Of a stretch of DNA of 19,951 nt, positions 1-8,846 are shown in pieces (position 1 is the stretch's first letter; each line of letters opens with the position of its first letter). The translations under genes and the position numbers were made by a program. The notes under the pieces are model-generated. The model was not told the DNA's origin and ran no database searches. It saw only the letters and a program-made list of their open reading frames with translations. The stretch covers positions 1-19,951 of the forward strand of contig JBHJHA010000069.1 in assembly GCA_050331235.1 (NCBI GenBank), written 5' to 3'. Source of the DNA: Leptolyngbyaceae cyanobacterium. GTDB lineage: Bacteria > Cyanobacteriota > Cyanobacteriia > Phormidesmidales > Phormidesmidaceae.

Positions 1-74
1 AACAAGTTTTGGTGACTGGCGCAATGTTCATCCATGAGTCCGACGGTCGGCTGGGCTGTACGGGGCGCTGTCAT
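1..74 (-). mobile_element. 5' end of a probable IS701-family transposase, truncated by the window edge and possibly decayed
   Basis: Manual translation from ATG at 74 gives MTAPRTAQPTVGLMDEHCASHQNL(F). This matches the N-terminal pattern I recall for cyanobacterial IS701-type transposases (MxxPRxAxPTVxFVDEYCxxYxxLF). Only 24 codons are visible. Confidence 0.6.
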
Positions 75-162
75 TGACTCTGCCTAGTTCTCAGCCTCTA
101 TACCCTAATTTATCTACCGCTAGAGTCATTGAAGAGCGATATGTGTGCCCCTTCACCGTGTA

Positions 163-1026
163 TCAACCTTTGACACCGCTGCCTGACTCCGTAGGGACGA
201 TGTAGTGCTGCATTACGACAAAGAAGATCAACACCGGCAAAATTGAAATAACCGACCCAGCCGCAATCAAGCGCCAATCGAGGGAAAAGCTGCCGGCTAG
301 CTTCGCGACACCTAAGGGCAAGGTGTAATATTCAGGACGGTCAAGCAAAATCAGCGGCCAGAGAAAATCGCTCCAGGCTCCGATAAAGACGAAAATTGCC
401 AGAGTAACCAAAGCAGGCCGTGTTGAGGCAATCATCACATTCCACCAGATGCCCAACTCTGAACAGCCGTCAATGCGGGCAGCTTCCTCCAGCTCTTTGG
501 GCACACCCAAAAACGCTTGCCGCATTAAAAAGATGCCAAAGGCAGAGGCAATAAAAGGAAAAATCAACCCTAAGTAACTGTTACGTAGGCCTAGCTGTAC
601 GGCCAATACATACAGGGGGATCATAACAATCTGAAAAGGGATCAAAATGGTTGCCACGATAAGGGCAAAGAGCACTCGCCGTCCTCGAAATTGCAGCCGG
701 GCGAGGGGATAGGCCGCTAGGGAGCAGAAGAGTAAATTCAGGCTGACGGTCAGCACCGCCACAATAATGCTGTTGACAAAGTACTGACCAAAGGGATTTT
801 GCTGCCAGACAGTGATGAAGTTGTTCAGTGTTGGGGCAGCAGGAATGAACTGCGGGGGAAACGCAAAAATATTTTCATCTGAGGACTTGAAAGCCGTGCT
901 AATGAGCCACAGCAAGGGCAGCAACATCGCCAGCGCGATCGCGCTGAGGATGCTATAAGTGATGGTCAGCTGCACCCAGGGTGACTGCCAAAGTCGGTAC
1001 GCAAGTGGGACTTTATCCTGAGTCAT
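163..1026 (-). CDS. Carbohydrate ABC transporter permease (CUT1, MalG/LacG-like)
   Basis: Six hydrophobic segments and an EAA motif (ELEEAARIDGCS). Start placed at ATG 1026 (MTQDK), 4 nt after the Tab2 stop, instead of the ORF-track start 1071, which overlaps Tab2. Confidence 0.93.
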   Translation of the reverse strand: MTQDKVPLAYRLWQSPWVQLTITYSILSAIALAMLLPLLWLISTAFKSSDENIFAFPPQFIPAAPTLNNFITVWQQNPFGQYFVNSIIVAVLTVSLNLLFCSLAAYPLARLQFRGRRVLFALIVATILIPFQIVMIPLYVLAVQLGLRNSYLGLIFPFIASAFGIFLMRQAFLGVPKELEEAARIDGCSELGIWWNVMIASTRPALVTLAIFVFIGAWSDFLWPLILLDRPEYYTLPLGVAKLAGSFSLDWRLIAAGSVISILPVLIFFVVMQHYIVPTESGSGVKG

Positions 1027-1030
1027 ACTG

Positions 1031-1894
1031 CTATCCCGGTTGTAGCCCCGGCAACAACCAAAAACCAGCAAAGGCTTCAGTGTCTGGGCTCGTTTGGACT
1101 GCTAAGAAATGTACCTGATTTGCCTGCTGTTTAGCAGTTTCAAAATCGGCGGCCTCTTGCTGTGTCTCCGAGGTATTCAACACGGCGACCACCCAGCTGT
1201 CAGCGTTGCCAGTCTCCAAAATCAGTCTTGGTGTCTTACCAGGTTCGACTCGGAGTTCACTCACCTCTAACCCAGCCAGCCAAGCGGCCATAGGCTGGGC
1301 ACGGGGGGAAAAGATCACGAGACCTGGGACCATCCGGTCTGGAGCAACTCCAGTAACGGTGAGAGGAAATGCCTCCCCAAAGTCAATGGGCCACTCAGGC
1401 ATATCAACTAAATCCTCTGCCGGTAGGGACACTAGCGCCCACTGTTGCCCGATCAAAGCATCGGGTAGAGGGTTTGGCGCTGGCGGCGGTGCCCCCACGC
1501 TCGGAGCGGGTTTATCGGTATAGCCTGGTTCATTGGGATACACTTCCTGGCGACGATACTCCATCCACTGCTGTAGGGCCAACGTGCGACGGCTGGGCTG
1601 AGCCGTGATACCCAACTCATCACAAGCCCGCATAATCATGTTTTGCATCGAAAAGCGAAAAAATCGAATCCGGCTAGGGGCAGATGGCGCTTGGGCGATC
1701 GCTTCTTCTATGGCTTTTTTGAGCTCGATGGAGTTCACCTCAGTATTGGCTACATACTTACTGAACCGAAATAGATTATTCGGGTCAGCATCCACCGTTT
1801 GTAGCCCTTCACTAATCAGGACTTCCCAACGCTTTTTATTGTTCTCATCGAGCACAGGACGAGAATAAAAATCAAGTTCCCAAACGGTTCCCAT
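1031..1894 (-). CDS. Tab2/Atab2-family RNA-binding protein (DUF1092)
   Basis: Characteristic N-terminus MGTVWELDFYSRPVLDENNKKRWE and C-terminus VHFLAVQ...FAGFWLL. Start placed at ATG 1894. Confidence 0.92.
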   Translation of the reverse strand: MGTVWELDFYSRPVLDENNKKRWEVLISEGLQTVDADPNNLFRFSKYVANTEVNSIELKKAIEEAIAQAPSAPSRIRFFRFSMQNMIMRACDELGITAQPSRRTLALQQWMEYRRQEVYPNEPGYTDKPAPSVGAPPPAPNPLPDALIGQQWALVSLPAEDLVDMPEWPIDFGEAFPLTVTGVAPDRMVPGLVIFSPRAQPMAAWLAGLEVSELRVEPGKTPRLILETGNADSWVVAVLNTSETQQEAADFETAKQQANQVHFLAVQTSPDTEAFAGFWLLPGLQPG

Positions 1895-2021
1895 GGAATT
1901 GCTCAGCGAGGAGTGCAGTGTAAAGTTACCACTCCGCAGCACTTTCGTGGTGCTTGAACCGGTTGACCCAGGCTGTTTCGGAGCGGCAAAATGACTGATT
2001 CAGGCACGGTTAAACTCATTG

Positions 2022-2897
2022 CTAAATTTCGCTCTCCGCCAAGAGCTTGCCGACATTTTGCAAGCGGCTATCCACATCAGCCATCACGGTGTCAAACTCT
2101 TTGAGTACCTCACCAGGATATTTTTCTAGCACTTTTGTAGAGAGAGAAATCCGTCCCCGCTGGTCGTCAATATTGACAATGACAGCTTTGATAGCTTGAC
2201 CGGTGGTCAATAAGTTAGGCAACGAATCCACGTAGTTTTTGCTGATCTGGTTGATGTGCAGCAGCCCAGTCACCCCCTCAAAGCTGACGAACGCTCCGTA
2301 GGGTTTGAGGCTGGCCACTTTGCCGTGAACGAGTTGCCCAACTTCTAAGGTGGACATGGCCTGCGATCGCGCCGCAATCCGTTGCGACAAGACCAATTTG
2401 TTATTCTCTTGGTTAACTTCTAGAAACGCTACTGACAGGGTTGCGCCGACCAACGACTCCAAATCCTCTGCCTGGGTCAGGTGTGATCGTGGCACAAAGC
2501 CTCTCAGTCCCTGAACATCGACGATGACGCCGCCCTTATTCGTACCAGTAACGGTGACATCCATAATGTCGTTTTGGGCTTCGCGCTCCAGCAACCTTTC
2601 CCAGACCCGCTGCACCATGAGCCGCCGCAAAGACAGCACAACCCGACCATCTATATCCTGATCGCGGATAATGAGAAACTCTTTTTCTTCACCCACTGGC
2701 AGCGCTGTCTCTAAGTTTTCGATCCGCTCTAGGGAAGCTTCTTTGAGGGGCAAAAAGGCATCGGACTTACCGCCGATCTCTACCATGACGCCTTCAGAGC
2801 CGTGGCCAATGATCTTTCCCTTCACCGTACTTCCCGATTGAAAGGTGTAATCATGGTCAGCCAAAGCACGGGCAAAATCTTCAGTCGAAAAGGTCAA
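2022..2897 (-). CDS. S1 RNA-binding domain protein (second ribosomal protein S1 paralogue of cyanobacteria, Rps1b-like)
   Basis: Three S1 repeats (IGGKSDAFLP; GLRGFVPRSHL; YGAFV...GLLHINQIS). TTG start with a GGAGG Shine-Dalgarno 7 nt upstream. Confidence 0.9.
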   Translation of the reverse strand: MTFSTEDFARALADHDYTFQSGSTVKGKIIGHGSEGVMVEIGGKSDAFLPLKEASLERIENLETALPVGEEKEFLIIRDQDIDGRVVLSLRRLMVQRVWERLLEREAQNDIMDVTVTGTNKGGVIVDVQGLRGFVPRSHLTQAEDLESLVGATLSVAFLEVNQENNKLVLSQRIAARSQAMSTLEVGQLVHGKVASLKPYGAFVSFEGVTGLLHINQISKNYVDSLPNLLTTGQAIKAVIVNIDDQRGRISLSTKVLEKYPGEVLKEFDTVMADVDSRLQNVGKLLAESEI

Positions 2898-3091
2898 GGT
2901 CGGGCCTCCCCCGGTTGCTTCAAAAATTCAGTTTTCCAATCATAGCAATCGGATTTGCCGCATGAGACATTCCCATTGCAGTTTGTGTCATGGCGGCTGC
3001 ATTTTCCCCTCAGGAAGCAAATTGCAGCAAAGCCGATAATTTTGCTGCATGGCTAATCAGCTACACTGAGCGAAACGATTGGGCTCATCCC

Positions 3092-4174
3092 ATGACTAAA
3101 CCATTGGCCTCGCTCTTTGCGGGTAGTGTGGCGCTCTTCGCCATCACCGCAGCGTCTGCTTGTTCGCCCCAAGGCAATGGTGGAGCAGAGCCGATTTTGT
3201 CAGCGTCTTCCACTGCGTGGGTGGTGGTGGGGCAATTGCCGCTGCCATTGGAGTCGCACCAGACCGTTGTACTTAATGACTTTTTATATATTTTAGGGGG
3301 CTGGAATGATGCCCATGGCCCCTATGCCGAGGTATTCTTCACGCCGATGACGCCGGACGGCCTTGAGAATTGGCAGGAGGCCTCAGCAGCTTTGCCATCC
3401 CGACTGCAGCATCATGCAGCGATCGCCTATGGAGAGGCACTTTACGTATTGGGTGGAGACAACGGTTTTTGGGATGGCAGCACAGTTTCCGACCGCATCT
3501 ATCGGGCAACTCCCACCGCAGAAGGCGACATCACGGCATGGATGGAGGTCGGTCAGCTCCCGATACCGCTCACGGTCCACGCAGTCACACTGGTTGACAA
3601 TCGGCTCTATGTCATTGGCGGCAGCCAAACTTTTCGCCCGGGCCTGACCTTTGAAGCGACGGTCTTGACAGCAACCATTGCTGATAATGGTGAGGTCGGA
3701 GCCTTCCAAACGCTAACGCCCTTTCCAACGCCAATCGGCTGGTTGACAGCAGTAGCCATAGACCAGCAGATTTTTGCGCTCTCGGGGCTGACGCAGTTTC
3801 GCCCTAATCAGTTGGCGGCCGGGGTTTGGGTGGCGACCACAGAGGAAGGGCCGCTCTCTCCATTTGTGGCGGTCAATACCGTTATACCTCGTCAACGCCA
3901 CACAACTGTGTTGAGCGATCGCACCTTGGTGGTAGTGGCAGGGGGGGGCGACCAGCAGGTGATGACCTCTGTACAAGCAGCGGACATTGACAAACAAGGT
4001 AATCTCACAGCTTGGCGCGATCTCGCCCCCTTACCAGGGCCCCGGTACGCCCATGCAGCTTTTACCTACGAAGGGGACGTTTACGTTTCGGGGGGCTTCA
4101 TTAGCTACGGCAGCAACGAGACTAGCCGCGATATTTTCCGGCTATCGGCCATGGATGTCGCCAACCCAGACTGA
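3092..4174 (+). CDS. Kelch-repeat beta-propeller protein, probable lipoprotein
   Basis: Six Kelch-like units (LYILGG, LYVLGG, LYVIGG, IFALSG, VVVAGG, VYVSGG). From ATG 3092 the N-terminus MTKPLASLFAGSVALFAITAASAC reads as a signal peptide with a lipobox-like ASAC. The ORF-track start is 2990. Confidence 0.82.
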   Translation: MTKPLASLFAGSVALFAITAASACSPQGNGGAEPILSASSTAWVVVGQLPLPLESHQTVVLNDFLYILGGWNDAHGPYAEVFFTPMTPDGLENWQEASAALPSRLQHHAAIAYGEALYVLGGDNGFWDGSTVSDRIYRATPTAEGDITAWMEVGQLPIPLTVHAVTLVDNRLYVIGGSQTFRPGLTFEATVLTATIADNGEVGAFQTLTPFPTPIGWLTAVAIDQQIFALSGLTQFRPNQLAAGVWVATTEEGPLSPFVAVNTVIPRQRHTTVLSDRTLVVVAGGGDQQVMTSVQAADIDKQGNLTAWRDLAPLPGPRYAHAAFTYEGDVYVSGGFISYGSNETSRDIFRLSAMDVANPD

Positions 4175-4278
4175 ATTCAATTCTGCATGGCTTCATCCGC
4201 GATCAGTCTCCGGCAGAAGCACCTCAACAAATGGCAATGATACTCTGCTGTCAGTACTGACCTTGAGCCTCGGTCGCG

Positions 4279-4703
4279 ATGCAATCTTTTTCTGCCAGTG
4301 CCCATATGCCTGTCCGCCAGAAACCGTCTGGGAAGTGCTTACCGACGCCTCGAGCTATCCGAAATGGGCAGTTGGGATCCATCGACTGGAGGGTCAAATA
4401 GCAGAAGGCAAACGGCTGCAACCCTTTACAATCTCCAAACCGCAAAGCCCCATGACGCTCAGAGTTAGGAACTTAGTCCGGCCGAGGACCCTGACCCTCA
4501 GCGGTGGGTTGCCGCTCAATCTTTTCAGGGGTGATCGCACCTTTACCCTCATTCCCCAACCCGATAGCACAACCGAGTTCAGGATGTGCGAAGTGTTTAG
4601 TGGACCCCTATCACCGGTGCTGGGCCGCATAATTCCTGACCTCACCGCCTCTTTCGAAGCGTGTGCGACGGGGCTCAAAAACTGGTGTGAGAATCAGCGT
4701 TAG
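4279..4703 (+). pseudogene. SRPBCC/polyketide cyclase-family gene with a 1-nt frameshift near codon 10
   Basis: ATG 4279 reads MQSFSASAH. The SRPBCC body (ACPPETVWEVLTDASSYPKW...GGLPLNLFRGDRTFTL...EVFSGPL...GLKNWCE) is in another frame from 4308. One inserted base after AT at 4306-4307 gives a 141-aa protein. Confidence 0.75.
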
Positions 4704-5098
4704 AACTATCTTCTCCCGAGCTTCTCAATTGGCAAGCCGAAATTATAAACGGTAGGTTACCGGTATTGCTCCAGGGGTAATGATGGGGTTGTTGAGAGGA
4801 TGTTTGAGAATTCATCGAAAGTGTCAAATCAAGCTCAGCGCTGCACCATCATCCGAATCATGTAACCCCTCTTCAATCACGATTGAAAGAGAATAAAATT
4901 CGGCGATATCAAAGCTCTGTTTAAAGCAATTCGTTTGAATGCTTTCAAAAGTTTTCTGTGTTTGGGTGATGCCCTGCCGAGAGCAATAATAGAGTGACAC
5001 TCTTTGAAGAAAGATATTTTCTGGGCGGGATTAGAGCTTTTTTGAGCATTATCCGAGAGGATAAGTGGTTGTAGTTGAGCAGCTGAGCGAATTTTTCC

Positions 5099-5965
5099 AT
5101 GCGCGATCGCACTATGTCTAATTTGGGATGGTTTCGACAAATGCTCCTAGTCAAAAAGTGGCAACCCCAACGTACTTGCGTGCTAGTCGCTCTGGCGATC
5201 GCTGTCCTCTTGGGTCATGTAATCTTTGGTCCAACGTCTCTAGCCGCAAACTCACACACGTCGTCAGCAGACATCGGCCTCGAAAAAATTGCGAACGACG
5301 TGGCCTCGAGTTCATTGCAGAGAAACTTTGGGGTCTTTAACCTATTCATTATTTTTTTCGTGACCCTAGGCCCCCTCAAAGTCATTCCCGCTTTCATTCA
5401 ACTCACTCAAAATGCATCCCCAGGCTTGCGACGACAACTTGCCGTTAGAAGCACAGTTGTATCGACCATCGTCATCTTGCTGGTAGTTATCGTGGGGCAA
5501 AATCTATTACGTGTCTGGCAAATTCAACTACCTTCATTGATGATTGCAGGGGGCATCCTATTATCAGTGGTTTCCCTACGGATGGTACTGTCTCAATATG
5601 AACCTCGCCAAGATAATGCAGCGATTCCCGAAGATCCGGGGCTACATCTCGCCATCAATCCCTTAGCGTTTCCTACTATCTTGCCGCCCTTTGGTATTGC
5701 CATTTCGCTGACGCTGATGATTGTCTCCACCAAGGTTGGCTTTCGCCCATTTGCGGTGATTGTCCTACTGCTGATAGTAATGGGGCTAAACCTGATCTGT
5801 ATGTTAGCCGCCAGACCGATCTTTGAATTTATTCGCCCCGTTACTTTGCGCATCCTAGGATTTACCCTTAGCGTAATGCAATTTGCCCTAGGCATTCAGT
5901 TCATTCTGCTGGCCATTCAAATCGAGGCACTTTCCATCCAATTACTGCTACAAAGTGCTCCTTAG
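5099..5965 (+). CDS. MarC-family integral membrane protein with N-terminal extension
   Basis: MarC hallmarks: FFVTLGPLKVIPAF, SLMIAGGILL, AINPLAFPTILPPFGI and a terminal FALGIQFI helix. The start codon is uncertain (5099 or 5114). Confidence 0.85.
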   Translation: MRDRTMSNLGWFRQMLLVKKWQPQRTCVLVALAIAVLLGHVIFGPTSLAANSHTSSADIGLEKIANDVASSSLQRNFGVFNLFIIFFVTLGPLKVIPAFIQLTQNASPGLRRQLAVRSTVVSTIVILLVVIVGQNLLRVWQIQLPSLMIAGGILLSVVSLRMVLSQYEPRQDNAAIPEDPGLHLAINPLAFPTILPPFGIAISLTLMIVSTKVGFRPFAVIVLLLIVMGLNLICMLAARPIFEFIRPVTLRILGFTLSVMQFALGIQFILLAIQIEALSIQLLLQSAP

Positions 5966-6037
5966 ATAGCATGTCCAAACCTCCTTAGACACAATACGAT
6001 AGCTACAGGCGCCTGCTTTTTCAAAGCTTTGCGAACC

Positions 6038-7363
6038 TCAGTTAGTGGTCTCGTCATCTTCATCCCTGCCTGCCGCGCTCACCGGATTAGTTTCCTGCGT
6101 GCCTATTTTCGAGGTTAGAAGCTCAACAATGCCCAAATAAAACTTGTCACTGAAACCTGCTAAAAAACAGGCCAACATTGCAAACCTCTCGGCATTCACT
6201 GAGGCTAAAGTATCGGAATCTTCTGCTTCTAAAAATAGGATGCCTGAGACAATCGCGAGGTAAGCAACGGCGCTCATCAATATACCCGTCAATGGTCTTG
6301 CAATCAGCCACTGACGCTCAATCGAAGCCCGTACTCGTTTGCTGGTACTATAAAACCGATGCAAGATCGCTGCAAGGCTGCCGAGTGCACCCCAGACCAA
6401 AGCCCATAATGGAATAGAAATGAACGGAACTTCAGCACTCGCTAAGGCAGGGTTGTAGATTGCTGTGTATAACATCACAGCAAGGATAGAAACGGTGTAA
6501 ATCACAATGACATATACATTATTTCTTTGCCAGCCAGCTTGGGCTTTCTGGGCCTTAGCCTCATCTTTTCTCAGTCTTTGCAACGAACCAATCGAGTAGT
6601 TGATGTCGTTCATTAGCTCAGAATCAAGGCTTTGATTCTCATTCAGCTTATGTCTTAATTCATCTAGATTCTTGCCAATTTCTCGACGCAATCTATCAGA
6701 ATCGGCTTTGTTTTCATCACTCTCAAATGATGTCCGGCCCAAATAATGTAATTCCCTTTGGTATTGATAGTGAAGCTCCTTCAATCTGAGCTCTGGGTTG
6801 AGCATATCGTCTTGCCGAGCTCTAGTTCTCTTCTTCCCATATTCGCTTTCTGCTGCACTGAGCTTTTCAATGACTTTATCGATATGATTTCCTAGCAATA
6901 GCTCATCGATAAACTCATAAATTCCGAATAAGATGGTGGTGAGCAGTATGACAATAGCTGCGAGCTCTATATAAGAAAAGTTTGAAATAAACTCCGAAAA
7001 TCGAAACTCATAACTCGCTTGATTGACTTCATCTAAGAGTCCTGCAACGGGAACAATCAAGAGAATTATTAAGGCTGCGATATGCAAGTTTTTGAGAATT
7101 CTCAGATTCCTTTGATAAGCTTCTCTTTGAATTTCGAGATCATCTAGATACAAGACATACTCATCAATGAGATCTTCATCTTCTAGGTCAGACGAGCCAA
7201 TTTCTCCCAATTCTTGCTTCAAGCTATCTACGTCAAAAACCAAAAAGAATCCTTTTAGAAAAGACCATAAAGAGGTTTCTTGACTACGGACTCTCGAGGT
7301 CATAGATACGGGCGCAGAGCTGACGCCAAGGTCTTGAGTTGTCTGTTGACTAGTTTTAACCAT
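6038..7363 (-). CDS. Hypothetical multi-pass membrane protein (2 TM, charged helical region, 4 TM)
   Basis: 441-aa ORF with six hydrophobic segments. C-terminal WGALGS...RPLTG...FLAGFSDKF pattern. DNA is AT-richer than its neighbours (32% and 40% GC in two sampled 60-nt lines). Confidence 0.8.
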   Translation of the reverse strand: MVKTSQQTTQDLGVSSAPVSMTSRVRSQETSLWSFLKGFFLVFDVDSLKQELGEIGSSDLEDEDLIDEYVLYLDDLEIQREAYQRNLRILKNLHIAALIILLIVPVAGLLDEVNQASYEFRFSEFISNFSYIELAAIVILLTTILFGIYEFIDELLLGNHIDKVIEKLSAAESEYGKKRTRARQDDMLNPELRLKELHYQYQRELHYLGRTSFESDENKADSDRLRREIGKNLDELRHKLNENQSLDSELMNDINYSIGSLQRLRKDEAKAQKAQAGWQRNNVYVIVIYTVSILAVMLYTAIYNPALASAEVPFISIPLWALVWGALGSLAAILHRFYSTSKRVRASIERQWLIARPLTGILMSAVAYLAIVSGILFLEAEDSDTLASVNAERFAMLACFLAGFSDKFYLGIVELLTSKIGTQETNPVSAAGRDEDDETTN

Positions 7364-7984
7364 GGAAAAAATTGGATGAAGTCCCTGCGGTAGTCATCAA
7401 TAAAAATTAGGACATTCAAGGTATTTAGTCAATATCGAGCTTCTATTTAAGCCTTCTTCTCTTCACATAAACTATTCCTAGGGTGACTTGAGTAAACAGA
7501 TTGTCTCGACAGAATAGTGATTTCAAATACCATGTATAGTCCTTGAGAGACTTTGCAGGGTAAGAGGTCTTTGGGGTTCTTCTGCTCTCAGATCGCTAGC
7601 GGTTCGCCCATGCTGGTCCGGTCCTTACCGAGTGCCGGATGGGTAAAGATTAAGTGAATAAATGAGTTACATGCTCAGACAAAATACGGTCACAGCGTTA
7701 TCGAGAAATCGTACTAATCTGGCGATCTCTCGACAACAGGTGCTGTGCTTTCCCTCCTTTGACTGCCGGGAAACTTTTAGATTTTTAATCCTTAACGCCT
7801 ACGGCCTTGACTACACTGCTCAGAAGCTCTCCCGTAGCTCAGTTGAGTTGTCGAACGAATGACACTCCGGGAAAGTGTCTAGCATCGGCAGCGTTATGGG
7901 AGGAGACCCGTTACGTTTAATGTAACGAGACTCATAACTTTGCTGAAATTTTCCTGTTTGAACCGCAACTACACACGCCTGTCT

Positions 7985-8740
7985 ATGTCCACCGTTAGTC
8001 TTAGTTCTCTTCCGGTTAGCCATCAATCATCTAACCGCTCGCGATGCTCCCCTTGGCTAACGCCGATCGCTTACTTTTTAGGAGAGCGGATAGTTTTGCC
8101 GGGCTATTTCAGCCGCATTGAGATGGTTGGACAGGGCTATGTGCCCCATCAAGGACCCGTTATTCTCGCACCAACCCACCGTGCCCGCTGGGATTCTATT
8201 GTGATTCCCTATGCAGCGGGTCGCTCAGTAACGGGTCGTGACCTCCACTTCATGGTGACTTCAGATGAAGTCAAAGGGATTCAAGGTTGGCTGATCCGCC
8301 GGTTAGGGGGCTTCGCCATTAACGTGCGATCGCCGAGTATTTCTAGTCTGCGCCATGGCCTCGAGCTGTTACAGCAGGAAAAGATGTTAGTGATTTACCC
8401 CGAGGGCGGTATCTTTCGCGATCTCGAAATTCATCGTCTCAAGCCCGGACTGGCTCGTATCGCTCTGCAAGCCGAAGCCCAGATTCATGAATTAGGGGTC
8501 AAAATTCTTCCCGTCAGCTTGCAATACGACGATCCGCATCCCCATTGGCGCAGCCGCGTTGAAGTTGCCTTTGGCCCCCCCTTAGAGGCTTCGACCTATT
8601 TGCCCACTCAACACAGCCGGACTCTAACTGCGGAAGAACTGAAAACCTCAGCCCGGCACTTGACTCAGGACTTAGCTGACCGCATGGTTGCTTTATCGGC
8701 TGAGCAAAAGGAACGGTTAGCATTGAAGCGCTGGTCGTAG
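7985..8740 (+). CDS. Lysophospholipid / 1-acyl-sn-glycerol-3-phosphate acyltransferase (PlsC family)
   Basis: Catalytic HX4D motif (PTHRARWD), IYPEGG block and LKPGLARIAL. Start placed at ATG 7985; the ORF-track start is TTG 7940. Confidence 0.9.
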   Translation: MSTVSLSSLPVSHQSSNRSRCSPWLTPIAYFLGERIVLPGYFSRIEMVGQGYVPHQGPVILAPTHRARWDSIVIPYAAGRSVTGRDLHFMVTSDEVKGIQGWLIRRLGGFAINVRSPSISSLRHGLELLQQEKMLVIYPEGGIFRDLEIHRLKPGLARIALQAEAQIHELGVKILPVSLQYDDPHPHWRSRVEVAFGPPLEASTYLPTQHSRTLTAEELKTSARHLTQDLADRMVALSAEQKERLALKRWS

Positions 8741-8846
8741 CCAGATGTGTTTGGCCCTGCCATGACTCAGATATCGCTACGGCTGGAACGCCAATCCCCT
8801 TAACTGTTTTACCCAAGTCAACCGTGGCGATCGCAGCGCATTACGA

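Noticed and set aside
3987..4278. N-terminal part of the 238-aa ORF
   Set aside because: It overlaps the Kelch gene out of frame. The frameshifted start at 4279 explains the SRPBCC domain better.
5958..5989. 9-bp direct repeat CTCCTTAGA at the end of the MarC gene as a possible target-site duplication
   Set aside because: The copies are only 14 nt apart and do not flank the AT-rich gene.
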